Assembly (NCBI RefSeq): GCF_009914755.1
Contig: NC_060939.1
Origin: the human T2T-CHM13v2.0 reference genome, Homo sapiens
DNA length: 64,000 bases
Direction: 5' to 3' (one strand)
The notes beneath the pieces are model-generated. The model saw only the letters and a list, made by a program, of their open reading frames with translations, was not told the origin of the DNA and did no database searches. Of this stretch, positions 27,701 to 41,800 are shown piece after piece. Positions within the stretch are counted from its first letter, which is position 1. Each line of letters starts with the position of its first letter. Made by a program: the position numbers and the translations under genes.

Positions 27701-30700
27701 CATACAGGGGGCTTTGTGACATACCTTTTAACTGATCACCCAGGTGATGTAACACATCTAAGTTCGGCCTAAAGGAGCTTTGTGACATATCTCTGCAGTG
27801 ATCACTTAGGTGATGTAACACTTTTATAATCACTGCCTACAGGGAATTTTGACAAATCTCTGCACTGATCACCTAGGTGATGTAACTGTTGTCTACCCTC
27901 TGTCCAAAGGGGCATTGTGAAATATCTCTGCACTGATCACCCAGGTGATTCAACTCTTGACTAGGAACTGCCTACAGAGGTTATTGTGAAATATCTCTGC
28001 ACTGATAAACTAGGTGGTGTAAACCTTGTCCAAGCTCTGCCTACAGGGGCGTTTCCACATATCCCTGAACTCATGACAAAGGTGATGTAACTCTTGCCTA
28101 GGCTTTGCCTACAGGGAACATTGGACATATATCTGCACTGATCACCCAGGTGATGCAACTCTTGCCTTGGCTTTGCCTACAGGGGACATCGTGACATATC
28201 TCTTCAATGATCACTCATGTGATGCATCTCTTGCCTAGGCTTTGCCTACAGGGCACATTGTTACATATCTCTGCACTGATCTCCCAGGTGCTGTAACTTT
28301 AGTCTAGGCTCTGGCTACACGGCATTGTGACATATCACTGCACTGATCAACCAGGTGATATAACTCTTGTATAGTCTCTGCCTACAGGGGGATTGTGACC
28401 TACCTCTGCACTGATCACCCAGGTGATATAACTCTTCTCTAGGATCTGCCTACAGGGTACTTTGTGACATATCCCTGCACTGATCACCCAGGTGATCTAA
28501 CTCTGGTCTAAGCTCTGCCTAAAGGGGCATTGTGACAGATCTCTGCACTGATCACTCTGGTGATGTAAGTATTGTCTAGGCTCTGCTTCAAGGGGCCTTG
28601 TCACATATCTCTGCACTGATCACCCAGGTGATGTAACTCTTGTCTAGGCTCTGCTTCCGGGGCATATTGTGACATATCTATGCACTGATCACCTTAGTGA
28701 TGTAACACTTTGGTAGGCTCGGCCTACAGGGGAATCTTGACATATCTCTGCACTGTTAACCGAGGTGATTTAACTCTTGTCTAGGCTGTGCCCACAGGGG
28801 GATTGAGACATATCTCTGCACTGATCCCGAGGTGATACAACTCTTGCCTGGTCTCTGCCTACTGTGGACATTGTGACATATCTCTGCACTGATCTCCCAG
28901 GTGCTGTAACTTTAGTCTAGGCTCTGGCTACACGGCATTGTGACATATCACTGCACTGATCACCCAGGCGATATAACTCTTCTCTAGGATCTGACCACAG
29001 GGTGCTTTGTGACATATCCCTGCAATGATCACCCAGGTGGTATACCACTTGCCAAGGCTCTGCCTACAGGGGCATTGCAATGTATCTCTGCACTGATCAC
29101 CTAGGTCTTGTAGCTATTTTCTAGGAACTGCCTACAGGGTGCTTTGTGACGTGTCCCAGCAAGGATTACCCAGGTGATGTACTTCTCATCAAGGCTTTGC
29201 CTACAGGCACATTGTGATGTATCTCTGCACTGATCACCTAGGTCATGTAAATTTTGTCTAGGCTCTACCTACGATGGCATTGTGACATATCTCTGCACTA
29301 ATCATCCAAGTGATGTAAATCTTGTCTAGGATGTGCCTAAATTAACTTTTTGACATAACCCTGTACTGATCATCCAGGTGATGGAGCTTTTGTCTAGGCT
29401 CTGCCTAACGGGGCATTGTGACATATTTCTGCATTGATCCCCCAGGTGGCGAACTGTTCTCTCGGATCTGCCTATGGTGGCATTGTGAGAAATCTCTGCA
29501 CTGATCACCCAGGTGATGTAACTGTTGTGTAACCTCTGCCTACAGGGGAATTGTGAGAGATCTCGTCACTGATTACCCAAGTGATGTAACCGTTGTCTAG
29601 GCTTTGCGTACAAGGGGCTTTGTGACATACCTTTGCACTGATCACCCAGGTGATGTAACACGTCTAAGTGCGGCCTAAAGGAGCTTTGTGACATATCTCT
29701 GCACTGATCACTTAAGTGATGTAACACTTTTATAATCACTGCCTACAGGGAATTTTGACAAATCTCTGCACTGATCACCTAGGTGATGTAACTATTGTCT
29801 ACCCTCTGTCCAACGGGGCATTGTGAAATATCTCTACACTGATCACCCAGGTGATTCAACTCTTGACTAGGAACTGCCTACAGAGGTTATTGTGAAATAT
29901 CTCTGCACTGATAAACTAGGTGGTGTAACGCTTGTCCAAGCTCTGCCTACAGGGGCGTTTCCACATATCCCTGAACTGATGACAGAGGTGATGTAACTCT
30001 TGCCTAGGCTTTGCCTACAGGGAACATTGGACATATATCTGCACTGATCACCCAGGTGATGCAACTCTTGCCTAGGCTTTGCCTACAGGGTACATTGTGT
30101 CATATTTCTTCAATTATCACTCATGTGATGCATCTCTTGCCTAGGCATTGCCTACAGCGGACATTGTGACATATCTCTTCAGTGATCTCCCAGGTGCTGT
30201 AACTTTAGTCTATGCTCTGGCTACACGGCATTGTGACATATGACTGCACTGATCAACCAGGTGATATAACTCTTGTATAGGCTCTGCCTACAGGGGGATT
30301 GTGACCTACCTCTGCACTGATCACCCAGGTGATATAACTCTCCTCTAGGATCTTCCTACAGGGTACTTTGTGACATATCCCTGCACTGATCACCCAGGAG
30401 ATCTATCTCTGGTCTAAGCTCTGCCTAAAGGGGAATTGTGACAGATCTCTGCACTGATCACTCAGGTGACGTAAGTATTGTCTAGGCTCTGCTTCAAGGG
30501 GCCTTGTCACATATCTCTGCACTGATCACCCAGGTGATGTAACTCTTGTCTAGGCTCTGCTTCCAGGGCATATTGTGACATATCTATGCACTGATCACCT
30601 TAGTGATGTAACACTTTGGTAGGCTCGGCCTACAGGGGAATCTTGACATATCTCTGCACTGTTAACCGAGGTGATTTAACTGTTGTCTAGGCTGTGCCCA

Positions 30701-33700
30701 CAGGGGGATTGAGACATATCTCTGCACTGATCCCGAGGTGATACAACTCTTGCCTGGTCTCTGCCTACTGTGGACATTGTGACATATCTCTGCACTGATC
30801 TCCCAGGTGCTGTAACTTTAGTCTAGGCTCTGGCTACACGGCATTGTGACATATCACTGCACTGATCACCCAGGCGATATAACTCTTCTCTAGGATCTGA
30901 CCACAGGGTGCTTTGTGACATATCCCTGCAATGATCACCCAGGTGATATACCACTTGCCAAGGCTCTGCCTACAGGAGCATTGCAATGTATCTCTGCACT
31001 GATCACCTAGGTCTTGTAGCTATTTTCTAGGATCTGCCTATAGGGTGCTTTGTGACGTGTCCCAGCAAGGATTACCCAGGTGATGTACCTCTCATCAAGG
31101 CTCTGCCTACAGGCACATTGTGATGTATCTCTGCACTGATCACCTAGGTCATGTAACTTTTTTCTAGGCTCTACCTACGATGGCATGGTGACATATCTCT
31201 GCACTAATCATCCAAGTGATGTAACTCTTGTCTAGGATGTGCCTAAATTAACTTTTTGACAAAACCCTGTACTTATCATCCAGGTGATGGAGCTTTTGTC
31301 TAGGCTCTGCCTAAGGGGGCATTGTGACATATTTCTGCATTGATCACCCAGGTGGTGAACCCTTCTCTCGGATCTGCCTATGCTGGCATTGTGAGAAACC
31401 TCTGCACTGATCACCCAGGTGATGTAACTGTTGTGTATCCTCTGCCTACAGGGGAATTGTGAGAGATCTCGTCACTGATTACCCAAGTGATGTAACCGTT
31501 GTCTAGGCTTTGCATACAGGGGGCTTTGTGACATACCTTTGCACTGATCACCCAGGTGATGTAACACATCTAAGTTCGGCCTAAAGGAGCTTTGTGACAT
31601 ATCTCTGCACTGATCACTTAGGTGATGTAACACTTTTATAATCACTGCCTGCAGGGAATTTTGACAAATCTCTGCACTGATCACCTAGGTGATGTAACTC
31701 TTGTCTACCCTCTGTCCAACAGGGCATTGTGAAATATCTCTGCACAGATCACCCAGGTGATTCAACTCTTGACTAGGAACTGCCTACAGAGGTTATTGTG
31801 AAATATCTCTGCACGGATAAACTAGGTGGTGTAAACCTTGTCCAAGCTCTGCCTACAGGGGCGTTTCCACATATCCCTGAACTGATGACAAAGGTGATGT
31901 AACTCTTGCCTACGCTTTGCCTACAGGGAACATTGGACATATATCTGCACTGATCACCCAGGTGATGCAACTCTTGCCTAGGCTTTGCCTACAGGGGACA
32001 TCGTGACATATCTCTTCAATGATCATTCATGTGATGCATCTCTTGCCTAGGCTTTGCCTACAGGGGACATTGTGACATATCTCTGCACTGATCTCCCAGG
32101 TGCTGTAACTTTAGTCTAGGCTCTGCCTACACGGCATTGTGACATATCACTGCACTGATCAACCAGGTGATATAACTCTTGTATAGGCTCTGCCTACAGG
32201 GGGATTGTGACCTAACTCTGCACTGATCACCCAGGTGATATAACTCTTCTCTAGGATCTTCCTACAGGGTACTTTGTGACATATCCCTGCACTGATCACC
32301 CAGGTGATCTATCTCTGGTCTAAGCTCTGCCTAAAGGGGCATTGTGACAGATCTCTACACTGATGACTCAGGTGATGTAAGTATTGTCTAGGCTCTGCTT
32401 CAAGGGGCCTTGTCACATATCTCTGCACTGATCACCCAGGTGATGTAACTCTTGTCTAGGCTCTGCTTCCAGGACATATTGTGACATATCTATGCACTGA
32501 TCACCTTAGTGGTGTAACACTTTGGTAGGCACGGCCTACAGGGGAATCTTGACATATCTCTGCACTGTTAACCAAGGTGATTTAACACTTGTCTAGGCTG
32601 TGCCCAGAGGGGGATTGAGACATATCTCTGCACTGATCCCGAGGTGATACAACTCTTGCCTGGTCTCTGCCTACTGTGGACATTGTGACATATCTCTGCA
32701 CTGATCTCCCAGGTGCTGTAACTTTAGTCTAGGCTCTGGCTACACGGCATTGTGACATATCACTGCACTGATCACCCAGGCGATATAACTCTTCTCTAGG
32801 ATCTGACCACAGGGTGCTTTGTGACATATCCCTGCAATGATCACCCAGGTGATATACCACTTGCCAAGGCTCTGCCTACAGGGGCATTGCAATGTATCTC
32901 TGCACTGATCACCTAGGTCTTGTAGCTATTTTCTAGGATCTCCCTACAGGGTGCTTTGTGACGTGTCCCAGCAAGGATTACCCAGGTGATGTACCTCTCA
33001 TCAAGGCTCTGCCTACAGGCACATTGTGATGTATCTCTGCACTGATCACCTAGGTCATGTAACTTTTTTCTAGGCTCTACCTACGATGGCATTGTGACAT
33101 ATCTCTGCACTAATCATCCAAGTGATGTAACTCTTGTCTAGGATGTGCCTAAATTAACTTTTTGACATAACCCTGTACTGATCATCCAGGTGATGGAGCT
33201 TTTGTCTAGGCTCTGCCTAAGGGGGCATTGTGACATATTTCTGCATTGATCACCCAGGTGGCGAACTCTTCTCTCGGATCTGCCTATGGGGGCATTGTGA
33301 GAAATCTCTGCACTGATCACCCAGGTGATGTAACATTTGTGTAACCTCTGCCTACAGGGGAATTGTGAGAGATCTCGTCACTCATTACCCAAGGGATGTA
33401 ACCGTTGTCTAGGCTTTGCATACAGGGGGCTTTGTGACATACCTTTGCACTGATCACCCAGGTGATGTAACACATCTAAGTTCGGCCTAAAGGAGCTTTG
33501 TGACATATCTCTGCACTGATCACTTAGGTGATGTAACACTTTTATAATCACTGCCTACAGGGAATTTTGACAAATCTCTGCACTGATCACCTAGGTGATG
33601 TAACTCTTGTCTACCCTCTGTCCAACGGGGCATTGTGAAATATCTCTGCACTGATCACCCAGGTGATTCAACTCTCGACTAGGAACTGCCTACAGAGGTT

Positions 33701-36700
33701 ATTGTGAAATATCTCTGCACTGATAAACTAGGTGGTGTAACCCTTGTCCAAGCTCTGCCTACAGGGGCGTTTGCACATATCCCTGAACTGATGACAGAGG
33801 TGATGTAACTCTTGCCTAGGCTTTGCCTACAGGGAACATTGGACATATATCTGCACTGATCTCCCAGGTGATGCAACTCTTGCCTAGGCTTTGCCTACAG
33901 GGGATATTGTGACATATTTCTTCAATGATCACTCATGTGATGCATCTCTTGCCTAGGCTTTGCCTACAGGGGACATTGTGACATATCTCTGCACTGATCT
34001 CCCAGGTGCTGTAACTTTAGTCTAGGCTCTGGCTACACGGCATTGTGACATATCACTGCACTGATCAACCAGGTGATATAACTCTTGTATAGGCTCTGCC
34101 TACAGGGGGATTGTGACCTACCTCTGCACTGATCACCCAGGTGATATAACTCTTCTCTAGGATCTTCCTACAGGGTACTTTGTGACATATCCCTGCACTG
34201 ATCACCCAGGTGATCTATCTCTGGTCTAAGCTCTGCCTAAAGGGGCATTGTGACAGATCTCTGCACTGATCACTCAGGTGATGTAAGTATTGTCTAGGCT
34301 CTGCTTCAAGGGGCCTTGTCACATATCTCTGCACTGATCACCCAGGTGATGTAACTCTTGTCTAGGCTCTGCTTCCAGGGCATATTGTGACATATCTATG
34401 CACTGATCACCTTAGTGATGTAACACTTTGGTAGGCTCGGCCTACAGGGGAATCTTGACATATCTCTGCACTGTTAACCGAGGTGATTTAACTCTTGTCT
34501 AGGCTGTGCCCACAGGGGGATTGAGACATATCTCTGCACTGATCCCGAGGTGATACAACTCTTGCCTGGTCTCTGCCTACTGTGGACATTGTGCCATATC
34601 TCTCCACTGATCTCCCATGTGCTGTAACTTTAGTCTAGGCTCTGGCTACACGGCATTGTGACATATCACTGCACTGATCACCCAGGCGATATAACTCTTC
34701 TCTAGGATCTGACCACAGGGTGCTTTGTGACATATCCCTGCAATGATCACCGAGGTGATATACCACTTGCCAAGGCTCTGCCTACAGGGACATTGCAATG
34801 TATCTCTGCACTGATCACCTAGGTCTTGTAGCTATTTTCTAGGATCTGCCTACAGGGTGCTTTGTGACGTGTCCCAGCAAGGATTACCCAGGTGATGTAC
34901 CTCTCATCAAGGCTCTGCCTACAGGCACATTGTGATGTATCTCTGCACTGATCACCTAGGTCATGTAACTTTTTTCTAGGCTCTACCTACGGTGGCATTG
35001 TGACATATCTCTGCACTAATCATCCAAGTGATGTAACTCTTTTCTAGGATGTGCCTAAATTAACTTTTTGACATAACCCTGTACTGATCATCCAGGTGAT
35101 GGAGCTTTTGTCTAGGCACTGCCTAAGTGGGCATTGTGACATATTTCTGCATTGATCACCCAGGTGGCGAACTCTTCTCTCAGATCTGCCTATGGGGCAT
35201 TGTGATAAATCTCTGCACTGATCTCCCCGGTGATTTAACGGTTGTGTAACCTCTGCCTATAGGGGAATTGTGAGAGATCTCGTCACTGATTACACAAGTG
35301 ATGTAACCATTGTCTAGGCTTTGCGTACAGGGGGCTTTGTGACATACCTTTGCACTGATCACCCAGGTGATGTAACACATCTAAGTTCGGCCTAAAGGAG
35401 CTTTGTGACATATCTCTGCACAGATCACTTAGGTGATGTAACACTTTCATAATCACTGCCTACAGGGAATTTTGACAAATCTCTGCACTGATCACCTAGG
35501 TGATGTAACTCTTGTCTGCCCTCTGTCCAACGGGGCATTGTGAAATATCTCTGCACTGATAACCCAGGTGATTCAACTCTTGACTAGGAACTGCCTACAG
35601 AGGTTATTGTGATATATCTCTGCACTGATAAACTAGGTGGTGTAACTCTTCTCCAAGCTCTGCCTACAGGGGCGTTTCCACATATCCCTGAACTGATGAC
35701 AAAGGTGATGTAACTCTTGCCTAGGCTTTTCCTACAGGGAACTTTTTACATATATCTGCACTGATCACCCAGGTGATGCAACTCTTGCCTAGGCTTTGCC
35801 TACAGGGGACATTGTGACATATCTCTTCAATGATCACCCATGTGATGCACCTCTTGCCTAGGCTTTGCCTACAGGGGACATTGTGACATATCTCTGCATT
35901 GATCCCGCAGGTGCTGTAACTTTAGTCTAGGCTCTGGCTACACGGCATTGTGACATTTCACTGCACTGATCAACCAGATGATATAACTCTTGTATAGGCT
36001 CTTCCTACAGGGGGATTGTGACCTACCTCTGCACTGATCACCCAGGTGATATAACTCTTCTCTAGGATCTGCCTACAGGGTACTTTGTGATATATACCTG
36101 CACTGATAACCCAGGTGATCTAACTCTGGTCTAAGCTCTGACTAAAGGGGCATTGTGACAGATCTCTGCACTGATCACTCTGGTGATGTAAGTATTGTCT
36201 AGGCTCTGCTTCAAGGGGCCTTGTCACATATCTCTGCACTGATCACCCAGGTGATGTAACTCTTGTCTAGGCTCTGCTTCCAGGGCATATTGTGACATAT
36301 CTATGCACTGATCACCTTAGTGATGTAACACTTTGGTAGGCTCGGCCTACAGGGGAATCTTGACATATCTCTGCACTGTTAACCGAGGTGATTTAACTCT
36401 TGTCTAGGCTGTGCCCACAGGGGTATTGAGACATATCTCTGCACTGATCCCGAGGTGATACAACTCTTGTCTGGTCTCTGCCTACTGTGTACATTGTGAC
36501 ATATCTCTGCACTGATCTCCCAGGTGCTGTAAATTTAGTCTAGGCTCTGGTACACGGCATTATGACATATCACTGCACTGATCACACAGGCGATATAACT
36601 CTTCTCTAGGATCTGACCACAGGGTGCTTTGTGACATATCCCTGCAATGATCACCCAGGTGATATACCACTTGCCAAGGCTCTGCCTACAGGGGCTTTGC

Positions 36701-38852
36701 AATGTATCTCTGCACTGATCACCTAGGTCTTGTAGCTATTTTCTAGGATCTGCCTACAGGGTGCTTTGTGACGTGTCCCAGCAAGGATTACCCAGGTGGT
36801 GTACCTCTCATCAAGGCTCTGCCTACAGGCACATTGTGATGTATCTCTGCACTGATCAACTAGGTCATGTAACTTTCTTCTAGGCTCTACCTACGATGGC
36901 AATGTGACATATCTCTGCACTAATCATCCAAGTGATGTAACTCTTGTCTAGGATGTGCCTAAATTAACTTTTTGACATAACCCTGTACTGATCATCCAGG
37001 TGATGGAGCTTTTGTCTAGGCACTGCCTAAGGGGGCATTGTGACATATTTCTGCATTGATCACCCAGGTGGCGAACTCTTCTCTCAGATCTGCCTATGGG
37101 GGCATTGTGATAAATCTCTGCACTGATCACCCAGGTGATGTAACTGTTGTGTAACCTCTGCCTACAGGGGAATTGTGAGAGATCTCGTCACTGATTACCC
37201 AAGTGATGTAACCATTGTCTAGGCTTTGCGTACAGGGGGCTTTGTGACATACCTTTGCACTGATCACCCAGGTGATGTAACACATCCAATTTCGGCCTAA
37301 AGGAGCTTTGTGACATATCTCTGCACTGATCACTTAGGTGATGTAACACTTTCATAATCACTGCCTACAGGGAATTTTGACAAATCTCTGCACTGATAAC
37401 CTAGGTGATGTAACTCTTGTCTACCCTCTTTCCAACGGGGCATTGTGAAATATCTCTGCACTGATCACCCAGGTGATTCAACTCCTGACTAGGAACTGCC
37501 TACAGAGGTTATTGTGAAATATCTCTGCACTGATAAACTAGGTGGTGTAACCCTTGTCCAAGCTCTGTCTACAGGGGCGTTTCCACATATCCCTGAACTG
37601 ATGACAGAGGTGATGTAACTCTTGCCTAGGCTTTGCCTACAGGGAACATTGGACATATATCTGCACTGGTCACCCAGGTGATGCAACTCTTGCCTAGGCT
37701 TTGCCTACAGGGGACATTGTGACATATCTCTTCAATGATCACTCATGTGATGCATCTCTTGCCTAGGCTTTGCCTACAGGGGACATTGTGACATATCTCT
37801 GCACTGATCTCCCAGGTGCTGCAACTTTAATCTAGGCTCTGGCTACACGGCATTGTGACATATCACTGCACTGATCAACCAGGTGATATAACTCTTGTAT
37901 AGGCTCTGCCTACAGGGGTATTGTGACCTACCTCTGCACTGATCACCCAGGTGAGATAACTCCTCTCTAGGATCTGCCTACAGGGTACTTTGTGACATAT
38001 CCCTGCACTGATCACCCAGGTGATCTATCTCTGGTCTAAGCTCTGCCTAAAGGGGCATTGTGACAGATCTCTGCACTGATCACTCAGGTGATGTAAGTAT
38101 TGTCTAGGCTCTGCTTCAAGGGGCCTTGTCACATATCTCTGCACTGATCACCCAGGTGATGTAACTCTTGTCTAGGCTCTGCTTCCAGGGCATATTGTGA
38201 CATATCTATGCACTGATAACCTTAGTGATGTAACACTTGTGTAGGCTCGGCCTACAGGGGAATCTTGACATATCTCTGCACTGTTAACCGAGGTGATTTA
38301 ACTCTTGTCTTTGCTGTGCCTACAGGGGGATTGAGACATATCTCTGCACGGATCCCGATGTGATACAGCTCTTGCCTGGTCTCTGCCTACTGAGGACATT
38401 GTGACATATCTCTGCACTGAACTCCCAGGTGCTGTAACTTTAGTCTAGGCTCTGGCTACACGGCATTGTGACATATCACTGCACTGATCACCCAGGCGAT
38501 ATAACTCTTCTCTAGGATCTGACCACAGGGTGCTTTGTGACATATCCCTGCAATGATCACCCAGGTGATATACTACTTGCCAAGGCTCTGCCTACAGGGC
38601 ATCGTAATGTATCTCTGCACTGATCACCTACGTCTTGTACCTATTTTCAAGGAACTGCCTACAGGGTGCTTTGTGACGAGTCCCAGCAAGGATTACCCAA
38701 GTGATGTACCTCTCATCAAGGCTCTGCCTACAGGCACATTGCGATATATCTCTGCACTGATCACCTAGGTCATGTAACTTTTCTCTAGGCTCTACCTACG
38801 ATGGCATTGTGACATATCTCTGCACTAATCATCCAAGTGATGTAACTCTTCT

Positions 38853-41800
38853 CTAGGATGTGCCTAAATTAACTTTTTGACATAACCCTGTACTGATCAT
38901 CCAGGTGAGGGAGCTTTTGTCTAGGCTCTGCCTAAGGGGGCATTGTGACATATTTCTGCATTGATCACCCAAGTGGCGAACTCTTCTCTCGGATCTGCCT
39001 ATGGGGGCATTGTGAGAAATCTCTGCACTGATCACCCAGGTGATGTAACTGTTGTGTAACCTCTGCCTACAGGGGAATTGTGAGAGATCTCGTCTCTGAT
39101 TACCCAAGAGATGTAACCATTGTCTAGGCTTTGCGTACAGGGGGCTTTGTGACATACCTTTGCACTGATAACCCAGGTGATGTAACACATCTAAGTTCGG
39201 CCTAAAGGAGCCTTGTGACATATCTCTGCACTGATAACTTAGGTGATGTAACACTTTTATAATCACTGCCTACAGGGAAATTTGACAAATGTCTGCACTG
39301 ATCACCTAGGTGATGTAACTCTTGTCTACCCTCTGTCCAACGGGGCATTGTGAAATGTCTCTGCACTGATCACCCAGGTGATTCAACTCTTGACTAGGAA
39401 CTGCCTACAGAGGTTAATGTGAAATATCTCTGCACTGATAAACTAGGTGGTGTAACCCTTGTCCAAGCTCTGCCTACAGGGGCGTTTCCACATATCCCTG
39501 AACTGATGACAAAGGTGATGTAACTCTTGCCTAGGCTTTGCCTACAGGGAACATTGGACATATATCTGCACTGATCACCCAGGTGATGCAACTCTTGCCT
39601 AGGCTTTGCCTACAGGGGACATTGTGACATATCTCTTCAATGATCACTCATGTGATGCATCTCTTGCCTAGGCTTTGCCTACAGGGGACATTGTGACATA
39701 TCTCTGCACTGATCTCCCAGGTGCTGTAACTTTAGTCTAGGCTCTGGCTACACGGCATTGTGACCTACCTCTGCAATGATCACCCAGGTGATATAACTCT
39801 TCTCTAGGATCTGCCTACAGGGTACTTTGTGACATATCCCTGCACTGATCACCCAAGTGATCTAACTCTGTTCTAAGCTCTGCCTAAAGGGGCATTGTGA
39901 CAGATCTCTGCACTGATCACTCTGGTGATGTAAGTATTGTCTAAGCTCTGCTTCAAGGGGCCTTGTCACATATCTCTGCACTGATCACCCAGGTGAAGTA
40001 ACTATTGTCTAGGCTCTGCTTCCAGGGCATATTGTGACATATCTATGCACTGATCACCTTAGTGATGTAACACTTTGGTAGGCTCGGCCTACAGGGGAAT
40101 CTTGACATATCTCTGCACTGTTAAGCGAGGTGATTTAACTCTTGTCTAGGCTGTGCCCACAGGGGGATTGAGACATATCTCTGCACTGATCCCGAGGTGA
40201 TACAACTCTTGCCTGGTCTCTGCCTACTGTGGACATTGTGACATATCTCTGCACTGATCTCCCAGGTGCTGTAACTTTAGTCTAGGCTCTGGCTACATGG
40301 CATTGTGACATATCACTGCACTGATCACCCAGGCGATATAACTTCTCTAGGATCTGACCACAGGGTGCTTTGTGACATATCCCTGCAATGATCACCCAGG
40401 TGATATACCACTTGCCAAGGCTCTGCCTACAGGGGCATTGCAATGTATCTCTGCACTGATCACCTAGGTCTTGTAGCTATATTCTAGGATCTGCCTACAG
40501 GGTGCATTGTGACGTGTCCCAGCAAGGATTACCCAGGTGATGTACCTCTCATCAAGGCTCTGCCTACAGGCACATTGTGATGTATCTCTGCACTGATCAC
40601 CTCGGTCATGTAACTTTTTTCTAGGCTCTACCTACGATGGCATTGTGACATATCTCTGCACTAATCATCCAAGTGATGTAACTCTTGTCTAGGATGTGCC
40701 TAAATTAACTTTTTGACATAACCCTGTACTGATCATCCAGGTGATGGAGCTTTTGTCTAGGCTCTGCCTAAGGGGGCATTGTGACATATTTCTGCATTGA
40801 TCACCCAGGTGGCGAACTCTTCTCTCGGATCTGCCTATGGGGGCATTGTGAGAAATCTCTGCACTGATCACCCAGGTGATGTAACTGTTGTGTAACCTCT
40901 GCCTACAGGGGAATTGTGAGAGATCTCGTCACTGATTACCCAAGTGATGTAACCATTGTCTAGGCTTTGCGTACAGGGGGCTTTGTGACATACCTTTGCA
41001 CTGATCACCCAGGTGATGTAACACATCTAAGTTCGGCCTAAAGGAGCTTTGTGACATATCTCTGCACTGATCACTTAGGTGATGTAACACTTTTATAATC
41101 ACTGCCTACAGGGAATTTTGACAAATCTCTGCACTGATCACCTAGGTGATGTAACTCTTGTCTACCCTCTGTCCAACGGGGCACTGTGAAATATCTCTGC
41201 ACTGATCACCCAGGTGATTCAACTCTTGACTAGGAACTGCCTACAGAGGTTATTGTGAAATATCTCTGCACTGATAAACTAGGTCGTGTAACCCTTGTCC
41301 AAGCTCTGCCTACGGGGGCGTTTCCACATATCCCTGAACTGATGACAAAGGTGATGTAACACTTGCCTAGGCTTTGCCTACAGGGAACATTGGACTTATA
41401 TCTGCACTGATCACCCAAGTGATGCAACTCTTGCCTAGGCTTTGCCTACAGGGGACATTGTGACATATCTCTTCAATGATCACTCATGTGATGCATCTCT
41501 TGCCTAGGCTTTGCCTACAGGGGACATTGTGACATATCTCTGCACTGATCTCCCAGGTGCTGTAACTTTAGTCTAGGCTCTGGCTACACTTCAGTGTGAC
41601 CTACCTCTGCAATGATCACCCAGGTGATATAACTCTTCTCTACGAACTGCCTACAGGGTACTTTGTGACATATCCCTGCACTGATCACCCAGGTGATCTA
41701 ACTCTGGTCTAAGCTCTGCCTAAAGGGGCATTGTGACAGATCTCTGCACTGATCACTCTGGTGATGTAAGTATTGTCTAGGCTCTGCTTCAAGGGGCCTT

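Noticed and set aside
38553-38768. The only plus-strand ORF (71 aa)
   Set aside because: It arises by chance from a 1-bp deletion and substitutions in a diverged satellite patch.
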